A stretch of 38,648 nt of DNA, taken from an uncultured Rickettsiales bacterium. GTDB taxonomy: Bacteria > Myxococcota_A > UBA796 > UBA9615. Location: positions 1 to 38,648 of the forward strand of contig CAZEIY010000001.1 in assembly GCA_964512375.1 (NCBI GenBank), given 5' to 3'. Positions 1-8,640 of the stretch are shown here, in pieces. Both the position numbers and the translations under genes were made by a program. Under the pieces are notes generated by a model that saw nothing but the letters and a program-made list of their open reading frames with translations, was not told where the DNA came from and ran no database searches. Positions within the stretch are counted from its first letter, which is position 1, and every line of letters begins with the position of its first letter.

Positions 1-451
1 CGTTGTTGGCTTGGGCGCAAAGCGGCGACCCCGCGGAGAGCTTGAAGTCCTGGTACCGGCGGGGACAGCGGCGGCCGCCCGCGCTGCCAGCGGTCAGGGC
101 GAAGGGCACCGTGCCGATCCTCACCCGCGGCAGCAGCGCGCCGTTGTCGCTGAGCTGCACCCAGAGGCTGCCGGTGGGCGAGAAGCCATCGCGGCGGTTA
201 AACCGTGCCAGGTCCAGGGGATCGCTGTCGCCCACCGGGATGGTGTCTTGTCTTAGTTGGACCCGACAGCCAGTTGCGCTGCTCTCGTCGTCGACAAGCA
301 GGTGCGCCGAGGGGAAGGGGTTGGCGTTGCTCGTTCCGAGCAGTCCCGCTTCATTCGCGATCGAACAGGGACCTGCAGGTGCGGGGGGCGCGCAGCCAGC
401 GCAGCAGGCGAGCGCGCTGCAGAGTAGGAGAGTCAGGGTCTCGTGAGTCAT
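1..451 (-). CDS. Partial CDS (N-terminal 150 codons, runs off the left edge): exported Cys-rich, possibly lipoprotein, hypothetical protein
   Basis: My own reverse-complement translation from ATG (cat at 449-451) reads MTHETLTLLLCSALACCAGCAPPAPAGPCS... and stays open to nt 1. The N-terminus is hydrophobic and Cys-rich like a signal peptide. Third codon positions are mostly G/C, unlike the Arg-rich plus-strand shadow ORF 3..446. Confidence 0.5.
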   Translation of the reverse strand, partial: MTHETLTLLLCSALACCAGCAPPAPAGPCSIANEAGLLGTSNANPFPSAHLLVDDESSATGCRVQLRQDTIPVGDSDPLDLARFNRRDGFSPTGSLWVQLSDNGALLPRVRIGTVPFALTAGSAGGRRCPRRYQDFKLSAGSPLCAQANN

Positions 452-664
452 CGCAGCGCTCGTTGATTCTGCAGTGGCCTTGCCGTAGGAGTGACTCGAA
501 TCGTCCTGGCAGCGCAGTGCCTTGTCAACAGTTCATCGACTTCGGTTGGTGGTTTACGGTTCACGGTTGGCTCGGCGATTCGTGCTCTCTGAGACCTGCT
601 TTGCTAGAGGTTCTGCCTGCTACTCTGTGGGACGCGTGCTCTGTTCATCCTCAGGACTCATCTC

Positions 665-2551
665 TTGACTCGATTCCGCCTCCGTATTGTCTTCGTGCCT
701 TCAGCGCTCGTTCTTGCGTTCGCAGTGTTGGTCCTGACGCTCGGCGTTCAGTGCGGCGAAGTGGTCTGGGAGGGCGATGACCCCGGCGAGTGTGCGGACG
801 CTGCTGACAACGACCTCGATGGTCTCTTCGACTGTGACGATCCCGACTCCAGTGGTGCGCCGGTCTGCTTCGACGATGAACCTTGGGGTGATGACGACAG
901 CTTCGGGGATGACGATGACCTGCTCTCCGGCGACATCCTCCTCGTGCCGGACACCGATTCGCTGGGGCTGTCCCCGATGAAGGCCTATGGCGTGTCGCTC
1001 GTAGATTTTGATGAGGATGGCCGCCCAGATGTGACCATAGCGGCCAAGGAGCGCCTCATTCTCATGCGCAACCTTGGCGACTGGAATTTCGAAGATGTCA
1101 CCGAGGCGTGGGGCCTTGGGAGCGCCCAGGGGGATCGGGTGACTCAGGGACACGCGGTGATCTGGGCTGACATTGACGATGATGGTGATCTGGATCTGTT
1201 TCTCGTGCGCCGACTGCGAATGCGAGACGATGGGCCGGGCGTGCAGTCGAGGATGTCCTCGTCGTTGTTTCTTCGCACCGGCCCCAGCACGCTGACGGAC
1301 CACACCGCTGCGTCAGGGCTCGATGTGGACGGCTTCTGGGAAGGCCCCGCTTTCAGCGATCTCGACGGCGATGGAGACCTCGATCTCATCGTGCTGGGGG
1401 GCATCAACTCGGGCCTATTCAGCGGTGAGCCGGGCTATATGGGTACGCCGGGCAAGATGTGGCGGAATGAGGGGGGAGGGACCTTCTCGGACATGTCGGC
1501 GTCTTCGGGCTGTACCGGGCCCGAGGATAGTGAGAGTTGGCAGGTGGTTGCTGTGGACTTCGAGGGCGATGGAGACATGGACCTGTTTGAGGCGAATGAC
1601 CGCCGGGCGTCTACCTTGTGCTTGAACGACGGTAGCGGGGTCTTTGAGGATCTCGCTGGCAATGTCAGCCTGGATTTTGGCAGCCCGATGGGGCTGGCCG
1701 TGGGAGATCTCAGTGGAGACGGCTGCATCGAGGTCTATGGCACCAACTTTGGAGCGCCTGACACGTCGTTGAATTTTGATTCCAAAGGTGGCTTCACAGA
1801 GGTCTATCTGAGTCTGGTGGGAACGAACCATGAACCTTCGTCACCTGTGAGCGGCTATGGCGTGTCCATGAATGACACGGACCTGGACGGCGATCAGGAT
1901 CTGCTCTGGGTGGCAGCCTGGGACATCGCTGTGCTCACCGGTGGGGTAGTCCCGGGTCTGGTGTCCTACGCTCGAAATAACACCGAGGACAGTAGCCCCT
2001 TGCGCTATCAGAGCCCGGGTCCCGACCCCATGTTGGCTGATCTACACAATGCGTTCGGTTTGGCCCATGGTGACATTGACGGAGACGGTGATCTGGACTT
2101 TCTGATTGGCGTCGATCACGACCCTCCACAGCCCGCCGACTTTCTCCCTCCGCTCGAGGGCGATCCCGTGCCGCTTCCTGAGACCTCGGCGCGTACGTTC
2201 CTCTTGCGCAATGAGACGGTGCAGAGTGGACGTGGCTTCCTCAGCATCACCTTGCGGCAGCCTGCGCCAAATATCAGGGCCGTGGGCGCGACGGTGGTTG
2301 TGCGGTCCGGCTCGAAGCGTAGCGCAAGGTCCTTGATGGCCGGCTCGTCCTACAACTCTACCCATGCTTATCCGCTGCACTTTGGTCTGGGCAGTCGCTC
2401 CGCCCCTGACTGGGTCTTCGTACGTTGGCCCGATGGCTACGAGCAGCTCTTTACGGACGTTGCGGGTGGTTCTGTGACTATCGAGCGCAGTGCTCAGGCC
2501 TGCGTGCCGGAGGGTACCTGCGAGGGGATCGCGCCGAAGTGCCCGCTCTAG
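665..2551 (+). CDS. Secreted FG-GAP/VCBS-repeat protein with C-terminal ASPIC/UnbV domain (CRTAC1-like)
   Basis: Repeated DxDxDGDLD calcium-loop motifs (DIDDDGDLDLF, DLDGDGDLDLI, DFEGDGDMDLF, DTDLDGDQDLL, DIDGDGDLDFL). The C-terminus GATVVVRSG...SGSSYNSTHAYPLHFGLG...VRWPDG is typical of ASPIC/UnbV. N-terminal signal peptide. The TTG start is uncertain. Confidence 0.85.
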   Translation: MTRFRLRIVFVPSALVLAFAVLVLTLGVQCGEVVWEGDDPGECADAADNDLDGLFDCDDPDSSGAPVCFDDEPWGDDDSFGDDDDLLSGDILLVPDTDSLGLSPMKAYGVSLVDFDEDGRPDVTIAAKERLILMRNLGDWNFEDVTEAWGLGSAQGDRVTQGHAVIWADIDDDGDLDLFLVRRLRMRDDGPGVQSRMSSSLFLRTGPSTLTDHTAASGLDVDGFWEGPAFSDLDGDGDLDLIVLGGINSGLFSGEPGYMGTPGKMWRNEGGGTFSDMSASSGCTGPEDSESWQVVAVDFEGDGDMDLFEANDRRASTLCLNDGSGVFEDLAGNVSLDFGSPMGLAVGDLSGDGCIEVYGTNFGAPDTSLNFDSKGGFTEVYLSLVGTNHEPSSPVSGYGVSMNDTDLDGDQDLLWVAAWDIAVLTGGVVPGLVSYARNNTEDSSPLRYQSPGPDPMLADLHNAFGLAHGDIDGDGDLDFLIGVDHDPPQPADFLPPLEGDPVPLPETSARTFLLRNETVQSGRGFLSITLRQPAPNIRAVGATVVVRSGSKRSARSLMAGSSYNSTHAYPLHFGLGSRSAPDWVFVRWPDGYEQLFTDVAGGSVTIERSAQACVPEGTCEGIAPKCPL

Positions 2552-2557
2552 ATGGCC

Positions 2558-3583
2558 TCAGCCCGGATAGCCACCGGGGTGTCGGCATCGCCAGCGCCAC
2601 GCCGAGTCCAGCATCTCTGAGAGTCCGAAGCGTGCCTGCCAGCCCAGGTCCCGGTTGACTTGTTCGACGTTGGCCACCAGAGCCGCACAGTCACCGCTTC
2701 GTCGGGCCACCATCTGTGCTCGGATTTCTTCTCCGGTGATCTCTCTTGCGGTCTGGAGCACCTCAAGCACGCTGCTACCGCGCCCGGTGCCGACGTTGAA
2801 GACGCGATACGGGGAGCCGGCGCTCGTGTGTTCCAGGGCGCATAGATGTGCTTCAGCCAGATCCATGATGTGTATGTAGTCGCGGATGCAGGTGCCATCA
2901 CGGGTCGGGTAGTCCGAACCGAAGACGTTCATCGACTCTGTGGCGCCGATGGCTACATCGAGGAGCACCGGTGCGAGGTTGGCCCGGATCTTGGGGTCTT
3001 CACCCATCTCGGCCGAGGGGTGGGCGCCCACTGGGTTGAAGTAGCGCAGTGCGATGGCATGCCAGCCATGCTCTAGCGCTGCCGCACGAACTATTTGCTC
3101 ACCCTCGGCCTTGCTCGTGCCATAGGGGTTCAGGGGGATCAATTCGCTGTCTTCGCCACAGGGCGTACCGTCACCATTGCCATAGACCGCGGCCGACGAA
3201 GAGAAGACAAGGCGTGCGCAGCGATGCCTCGCCATTGCCTCGCACAGCATCTGTGTGCCGCTGACGTTGACCTCCCGATACAGTTCCGGCTGTTCCAGCG
3301 ATTCAGTGACGGACTTCAAGGCGGCGAAGTGGAGTACGGCGTCAAAGGGACCCTCGAGCCAGGCGCGGTCGAGATCCGACGTTGAGCGAACATCTCCCTT
3401 GAGGAACTGGATTGGCCGCTGGCTCAGCCGAGCGGCTCGGCTCACGGCGACGCTGTTTCCGTTAATGAGGCTGTCGAGGACGACGACTCGATGGCCCGCA
3501 CCAGCCAGCACCGTTGCGGTGTGTGATCCGATGTATCCGGCACCACCGGTGACCAGTAGCGATAAGGGCTTTTCCTCGGCCAT
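2558..3583 (-). CDS. galE: UDP-glucose / UDP-N-acetylglucosamine 4-epimerase
   Basis: Rossmann motif VTGGAGYIGSH, catalytic YGTSKAEGE (YxxxK), the GalE signature RYFNPVGAHPS, and 341 aa length. Confidence 0.9.
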   Translation of the reverse strand: MAEEKPLSLLVTGGAGYIGSHTATVLAGAGHRVVVLDSLINGNSVAVSRAARLSQRPIQFLKGDVRSTSDLDRAWLEGPFDAVLHFAALKSVTESLEQPELYREVNVSGTQMLCEAMARHRCARLVFSSSAAVYGNGDGTPCGEDSELIPLNPYGTSKAEGEQIVRAAALEHGWHAIALRYFNPVGAHPSAEMGEDPKIRANLAPVLLDVAIGATESMNVFGSDYPTRDGTCIRDYIHIMDLAEAHLCALEHTSAGSPYRVFNVGTGRGSSVLEVLQTAREITGEEIRAQMVARRSGDCAALVANVEQVNRDLGWQARFGLSEMLDSAWRWRCRHPGGYPG

Positions 3584-3638
3584 CGCCGCATTCTGTCAGC
3601 AAAGCAGTGTTCTGGCGAGGTGACGTATCCTTGGGCTG

Positions 3639-5249
3639 ATGTCCCACAGCTCGGAACCAACCTGGAGCCGTCGCTGCTCCGCTGCAGTATTCGTGGTAGC
3701 CCTGCTAGGGGGCGCGCTGGCCGCCATCGCGCTCGGCCAGGATGGTGGGTTTGACCTCAAGAATTACCACCACTACAACGCCTGGGCATTGCTGGGTGGG
3801 CGCCTCGGACATGACTTCGCGGTGGCCCAGCAGCAGACCTGGTTCAATCCGCTCCTCGATCTGCACTACTACCTGCCCGTGCTCCTGCTGGGTCCGAAGT
3901 TCGGCAGCGCCCTGGTCGGTGCGATGCAGGGCGTGGCCTCTTGGTTACTGTTCGAGATTGCAGGGCGTCTGCTCCCTGGTAGAGCAGCCGGCTGGAGCAC
4001 TGCCGAGCGCCTGACCACGGCCATCGCTGTGGTCGCTGTTGGTATCTGTGGGCCCATCACCTGGGTCAACGTCGGGGCCTCACGTGGCGACTTGACGGTC
4101 AGCGTCCTCGTCCTCGCCTCGCTGCTGTTGCTGCTCGACCTGCCGGACTTCGCTTCTGGCGGTAGTTCAAGCAGCCGTAGGCCCCGTAGCGTGCTCCTGG
4201 CTTCGGGTGCGTTGATGGGACTGGCTTGTGGTCTAAAGCTGACCGTAGCTTCCTTTGCCGTCGGAGCTGTGGTTGCCCTGCTCCTTACCGGGTCGGGGTC
4301 TGCGCTGGCTCGAATCCGCAGATCAGCAGCCTGGGCTGGCGCTGCCCTTGCCGCCATTCTCGTCTCAGCAGGCCCTTGGATGTGCACTCTGTGGATGCAC
4401 TACAAGAGCCCGGTTTTTCCGTTTGCCAACCACATCATCGCTTCACCCTACGCTCCTCTGGCCAGCTTTTCGGAACAGCGCTTCCGGCCGGACAGTTTCG
4501 CCCATTCGCTGAGCTACCCCTTCCAGTTTGCATCTGGTGGAGAGGTTGCCTGGGAGTTCGCATTTAGAGATCTTCGTTTCGGTGTCTTATATGTTCTGCT
4601 CGTCGTCCTGGTCGCTCGTTTGATCTGGATGCGAGGTCGGAAGGAGAGTCTCCCGACGACCTCTCCAGCGCTCTTCATGCTGCTGTCTTTTGCAGCGACC
4701 AGCTACGTCGTCTGGCAGGTGACCTTTTGTGTGTATCGCTACCTGGCGCCCCTCGAGCTGCTTGCTCCGGTGCTCATCGTGGCTGTTCTCGTCTCGCTCT
4801 TGCCCCGGCCGGCGTTCGCACTGTCAGCGTCTGCGGTGACCTTGGTGTTGATTGTGGGCACGGTCCAAATGCCTGCGGTGGAGCGCTTAGATTGGGAGGA
4901 CGACATCTTCGGTGTACGGCTTCCTGAGCCAGTGATCAGCCCGAAATCTGTCGTGGTGCTTGCTGGGGACGACGCTACGTCGTATCTGGCCACCTATTTC
5001 CCTCCGTCGGTTCGCTTCCTGCGGATTGCGGGCAATTTTTCGGCCGCGGATGAAGACACCCAGATGCATCGCGACATGGCTCAGGTGTTGGGCTCAGCGT
5101 TGGGTCCTCTGTACTTCCTCAAGGGGCCCTATGAGATTGATCAAGAGGCGCTGAAGTACTTTGGATTGTTCGTGAAAGAGGGAAGCTGCAGGCCGGTGTT
5201 CAGCCGTGTAGATCTCGACCTGGCGCTGTGTGGACTACAGAGGCTATGA
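3639..5249 (+). CDS. Polytopic membrane protein, putative GT-C fold glycosyltransferase (GT87/DUF2029-like)
   Basis: More than 10 predicted TM helices. The first extracytoplasmic loop carries GGFDLKNYHHYNAWALLGG, resembling the D...Y loop-1 motif of polyprenol-phosphate-sugar dependent GT-C enzymes. ATG start, divergent from galE. Confidence 0.55.
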   Translation: MSHSSEPTWSRRCSAAVFVVALLGGALAAIALGQDGGFDLKNYHHYNAWALLGGRLGHDFAVAQQQTWFNPLLDLHYYLPVLLLGPKFGSALVGAMQGVASWLLFEIAGRLLPGRAAGWSTAERLTTAIAVVAVGICGPITWVNVGASRGDLTVSVLVLASLLLLLDLPDFASGGSSSSRRPRSVLLASGALMGLACGLKLTVASFAVGAVVALLLTGSGSALARIRRSAAWAGAALAAILVSAGPWMCTLWMHYKSPVFPFANHIIASPYAPLASFSEQRFRPDSFAHSLSYPFQFASGGEVAWEFAFRDLRFGVLYVLLVVLVARLIWMRGRKESLPTTSPALFMLLSFAATSYVVWQVTFCVYRYLAPLELLAPVLIVAVLVSLLPRPAFALSASAVTLVLIVGTVQMPAVERLDWEDDIFGVRLPEPVISPKSVVVLAGDDATSYLATYFPPSVRFLRIAGNFSAADEDTQMHRDMAQVLGSALGPLYFLKGPYEIDQEALKYFGLFVKEGSCRPVFSRVDLDLALCGLQRL

Positions 5250-5427
5250 CCTCAGGCTGAGGGTCGGCGTGCGCATGGACGAGGTGCATGACCCTGGGGA
5301 GCGCAATATGGGGTCCAGCATGTAGAGATGAAACGGATTTATTTGGCCTGAGCGTATGGTCGCGATGAGGGTGGCAGTGGCATGGAATCGTCGCGAGCGG
5401 GCTCGTGGCAGACGCAGTCTTCACTGT

Positions 5428-5441
5428 CGCGATTGTAGCGA
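5428..5441 (-). promoter_or_regulatory. Copy 1 of the conserved 14-nt motif (minus strand TCGC-TACAAT-CGCG), a putative -10 element
   Basis: The plus strand reads CGCGATTGTAGCGA. On the minus strand, TACAAT (5437-5432) lies 7 nt upstream of the GTG of ORF 5200..5424. Confidence 0.35.
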
Positions 5442-5489
5442 GTCTGGCCGAGTGGTACGTTGAAGCTCCAATCTCTGAGGAGTTTTCCT

Positions 5490-6179
5490 GTGTCGTTTCT
5501 TAGCCCCCTGTTCGTTTCTGTACGCTCTCGTGGGAGCGCTTCCTATTCTCTGGGCCTCGCATTTCTGTGCACTTCAATGTTGTTGGCCGCCCCGGTCGGC
5601 GCGCAGAGTGAGAAGAGCGCTGAGGAGGGTGAGAGTTCGGAGGAGGGCAAGGATGCCAAGGGCGACGGGGCGAGCAAGGAGTCTGGTGCGGAAGCCAGCG
5701 CAAGCAAGGCGGCAACTGTAAAGCCGGCTGCTGCGAGCACTCCAGGGGCTGCAACGAAGGGCCCCAAGGGCGGAGACGCATACGCGGAGCCTGGTTCGGG
5801 TGGGCCGGCCGACTGGCCTGCCGGCAAGCCTCCTGGCCCTGGCCCTCAGGGTTGGCCTGACGGGAAGACCGCTAAGGACTTTGATAATCCCGATCAGGAG
5901 GCGGCCGAGGGCCCTGACGGTGGTGGGAGCCCTGATGACGGCATCGGCGTAGCCTGTTCGGATTACATTGACTGCGTGTGTGGCATGTCCGAACTGGCCG
6001 CAGGAAAGACGCTGGGTGGCTACAACCACGAGGGAACGTGCGTGGTGGCCAAGACCTACACGACCTCCGAGTATGAGGTGCTGTGCGCCGAAGAACTCGA
6101 TCAGGTCAAGGACGCGCTCGAGGATGCCAAGGAAGACTACAAGGCGAACGGCATCAAGCTGCCTGCTGCCTGCCAGTAG
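5490..6179 (+). CDS. Secreted low-complexity (Ala/Gly/Pro/Lys/Glu-rich) protein with a C-terminal six-Cys domain, hypothetical
   Basis: ORF 5460..6179. I prefer GTG at 5490 because GAGGAG (5477-5482) lies 7 nt upstream. Signal peptide ...LAFLCTSMLLAAPVGAQS. Repeats DWPAGKPPGPGPQGWPDGK. C-terminal CSDYIDCVCG...C...C...C. Confidence 0.6.
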   Translation: MSFLSPLFVSVRSRGSASYSLGLAFLCTSMLLAAPVGAQSEKSAEEGESSEEGKDAKGDGASKESGAEASASKAATVKPAAASTPGAATKGPKGGDAYAEPGSGGPADWPAGKPPGPGPQGWPDGKTAKDFDNPDQEAAEGPDGGGSPDDGIGVACSDYIDCVCGMSELAAGKTLGGYNHEGTCVVAKTYTTSEYEVLCAEELDQVKDALEDAKEDYKANGIKLPAACQ

Positions 6180-6282
6180 CTCATACGCCGTCAGGCTGAG
6201 TTGCCTCGCAGCGAGCTGAGTTCGAAAGGTCTCCGCGAACGCCGGTCCGACGTCGCCTAGGTCAGGCTGCTAGCCTCCAGTT

Positions 6283-8640
6283 GTGCTGAATAGGCTGTCC
6301 CAGTTCCTGCTCCTTATTCTGGTGGTTCCCTCGGTCCTTGCGGCGGGTTTCGGTTGGTGGAATCCGCTGGCCGCCTGGCAGCAGCACGTTGGTCTCGCCC
6401 TCCTGCATCATTGCTCGAACCTGATGCTGCTCTCGCCATGGGCTCATGATGGCCTCATCGGCTACTACGAGGTGCCGTCTCTGCTGGCCGCAGTGGCAGT
6501 GCTCTTGTGGACTGCCCGCACCTGGGAGCCTCGACTTCCCGTCGTGTCGTTGTGGCTTATTGATCTGGTCGAGGGCCTTCTCGCACTTGGAGCGCTGGTC
6601 GCAGTAGGTGGACTGTTGGCAGTAGCCTGCGCGCTCGATAGACCTCTGTTCTTCGCCGGCATTCTCGCGGCTACGGTGGCGATGAGGACCCGTTCTGTTG
6701 AGCGGATACGTCGTGTCGAGCCCGAAGCCTTACGTCCTGAGCGACTGCCCGAGACGGGAGAATTGGGCCGCTCTCTTGCCCTTACCCTGGCTCTGCTGGC
6801 GGGTGCAGCGATGCTGTCCTCGGTTTTGTTGCCCTGGCTCGATTCGCAGTCAGGGCGAAGCCTCGACGGAAGCTCGTTGTCGTATGGATGGATTGGGGCA
6901 CTGCTGGGTGCGTGCGTCCTGCTGGCCCTCTCTAGATTGCCGGAGAGCCGGGTCCCCATCTCGATAACCTTTGGCAGTCTGGGTGCTCTACACGCGGTTG
7001 TCAGTGCAGTTGGTCTGCTACCCGATGGCGCTGTCGCTGGTGCTGGGTTGCAGCTCCACGGCGGCGCGTCTCTTTGTCTGCTCTCAGCGGGCTTGATCGA
7101 GACAAGTCGACCCTTCGACGGGGGCTGGCGAGGTGCCGGAAACAAGATCCGCAGGATGGTCTCGAGTCTGTGCGCACTCGGGGTGTTGATTTTCGCCAGC
7201 ACCAGCATCTGGGAGGGGATCGCATACAGCAACCCGGTGTTTCGGTTGAGCCGTTCATGGGTGGATTCCCTGGGTAGCTCACCATGGCTGTCGGGGGGCG
7301 TATGGTTGCTGTTCGGCGTGGTGGGAGCCTTGCTGGGGCTGAAGCTCCAGCGCCGTTGTGGCCTTGCGCTGCCCTTGTCCTTGCCAATGGCTGGGCGCGT
7401 GGTGTTGCTGGTAGCTCTCGGCCTGTCGGGGTGGACCGCGTTGACTCAGCCGGGTAGCCACCTGGCGATTGCTGGCTCGCTCTCGGCTCTGGGCCTCGCC
7501 CTGCTCGCCTTTGTCTGGGCCCCGCTCGTGCAGTCGCGCCTCTCTCTGAGCAGCGCAGAGGGCACCAGCCTGGACCCCCGGCGCTGGCTCAGTGCGCTCT
7601 TACCACTCATTGCTTGGGCTGCGCTGTGCATGGTTCGTGGGCTCAGTGTGTGGATGTGGACCCAGCCGGTGGAGCTTCCCGAGGGGGTCGAGCTACTGGC
7701 GGGGCCGGAGGAACTCGGGGATCCCGGCTGCATATTCTCTCTGGCGGCGATGCCGACCAGCGGCGATGTGTGGTTCACCGACCGCTGCAAGACCTCGCTC
7801 GGGCGATTGAGTTCGGACGGCAGTCTGCAGACCTGGGATCTGGGCGAGAGCGGGGCGCACCAGGTTGAAGAACTGGGCGGCCCCGTAGGTGGCAGACTAT
7901 GGGTAGCCATCTCAGCGCGAACCAAGGAGGCCCAGTTGGTGCTGCTGGCGGTGGACAACGAGGGACCACGCAAGGTCGGCGAGCCGGGGGCTTCGGTTCC
8001 TGTTGCGAGCTGTTGGGTCTCGGCCTGGGCTCCCATTCCTCCTGAGCATCGGGGTGAGCCGGTATCTGAAGTCCTTCTGGGCTGTGAAGAGCACTCGATG
8101 AGCTTCGTCTTCTCACCCGGTGATGGGGTTCTTGGGCCGTCTATTGAGTTCGGTGCGCAGGTGGAGGAGGCAGTCTTTCACCCCGATGCGACGCACCTGT
8201 ACAGCGTCTCGCTGTGGCGTGACTCGGTGGTCAAGCAGTGGTCGTGGCCCTACCTCGAGCCCGAGGGCGAGCACTTCGTCGGGCCCTTCAACTGGGGAGT
8301 CGTCACCACCTCCAAGCCCACGGCGCTGTGGGTGAGCCGCTTCCTCGAGGGAGGAGTGCTGATTCTCGATCCGTTGAGCGGTGACCTGCTACATCGGCTC
8401 TCTCTGAGCTTTGGAGTGCGTTCGTTGCTAAGCGATCCGGTCTCTGGCCTGGTCTGGGCCGCGGCGTCGTACTCGGGACAGCTTTGGGCCATCGAACAGA
8501 GTCCGCCCTACCAGCGACGCTCTTTCAACCTGTGTGGGCAGACCCGGGACATCGTTTCTGATGCCGATGGTCGGGTTACAATAGCGACGGACTGCGGTCT
8601 GTACCGCATTGATCCCAGCGCATGGGGGGAGCTTGAATAA
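6283..8640 (+). CDS. Polytopic membrane protein (~460 aa, >10 TM) fused to a C-terminal beta-propeller-like domain, hypothetical
   Basis: The N-terminal two thirds is hydrophobic. The C-terminal ~320 aa has repeats such as GDVWFTDRCKTSLGRLSSDGSLQTWDL, resembling Vgb-lyase/NHL-type propeller blades. The GTG start is uncertain. Confidence 0.65.
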   Translation: MLNRLSQFLLLILVVPSVLAAGFGWWNPLAAWQQHVGLALLHHCSNLMLLSPWAHDGLIGYYEVPSLLAAVAVLLWTARTWEPRLPVVSLWLIDLVEGLLALGALVAVGGLLAVACALDRPLFFAGILAATVAMRTRSVERIRRVEPEALRPERLPETGELGRSLALTLALLAGAAMLSSVLLPWLDSQSGRSLDGSSLSYGWIGALLGACVLLALSRLPESRVPISITFGSLGALHAVVSAVGLLPDGAVAGAGLQLHGGASLCLLSAGLIETSRPFDGGWRGAGNKIRRMVSSLCALGVLIFASTSIWEGIAYSNPVFRLSRSWVDSLGSSPWLSGGVWLLFGVVGALLGLKLQRRCGLALPLSLPMAGRVVLLVALGLSGWTALTQPGSHLAIAGSLSALGLALLAFVWAPLVQSRLSLSSAEGTSLDPRRWLSALLPLIAWAALCMVRGLSVWMWTQPVELPEGVELLAGPEELGDPGCIFSLAAMPTSGDVWFTDRCKTSLGRLSSDGSLQTWDLGESGAHQVEELGGPVGGRLWVAISARTKEAQLVLLAVDNEGPRKVGEPGASVPVASCWVSAWAPIPPEHRGEPVSEVLLGCEEHSMSFVFSPGDGVLGPSIEFGAQVEEAVFHPDATHLYSVSLWRDSVVKQWSWPYLEPEGEHFVGPFNWGVVTTSKPTALWVSRFLEGGVLILDPLSGDLLHRLSLSFGVRSLLSDPVSGLVWAAASYSGQLWAIEQSPPYQRRSFNLCGQTRDIVSDADGRVTIATDCGLYRIDPSAWGELE

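Noticed and set aside
507-523. A sigma-54-like element, TGGCAG-N5-TGC, upstream of the FG-GAP gene.
   Set aside because: The GG-to-GC spacing is one nucleotide shorter than the TGGCAC-N5-TTGC consensus, and the -12 TTGC is incomplete. Similar partial matches at 5373-5390 and 27956-27975 fail the spacing or sequence test too.
5360-5432. Three copies of the palindromic hexamer TCGCGA (5360, 5391, 5427) upstream of the secreted-protein gene.
   Set aside because: A GC-rich hexamer at irregular 31- and 36-nt spacing is not significant in this composition. The third copy is simply part of the 14-nt motif reported separately.
6266-6273. The octamer CTGCTAGC, containing the palindrome GCTAGC/TGCTAGCA, is shared by the promoter regions at 6266-6273 and 37946-37953.
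   Set aside because: An 8-mer shared twice within a few kb of intergenic sequence is within chance expectation. There is no extended similarity in the flanks.
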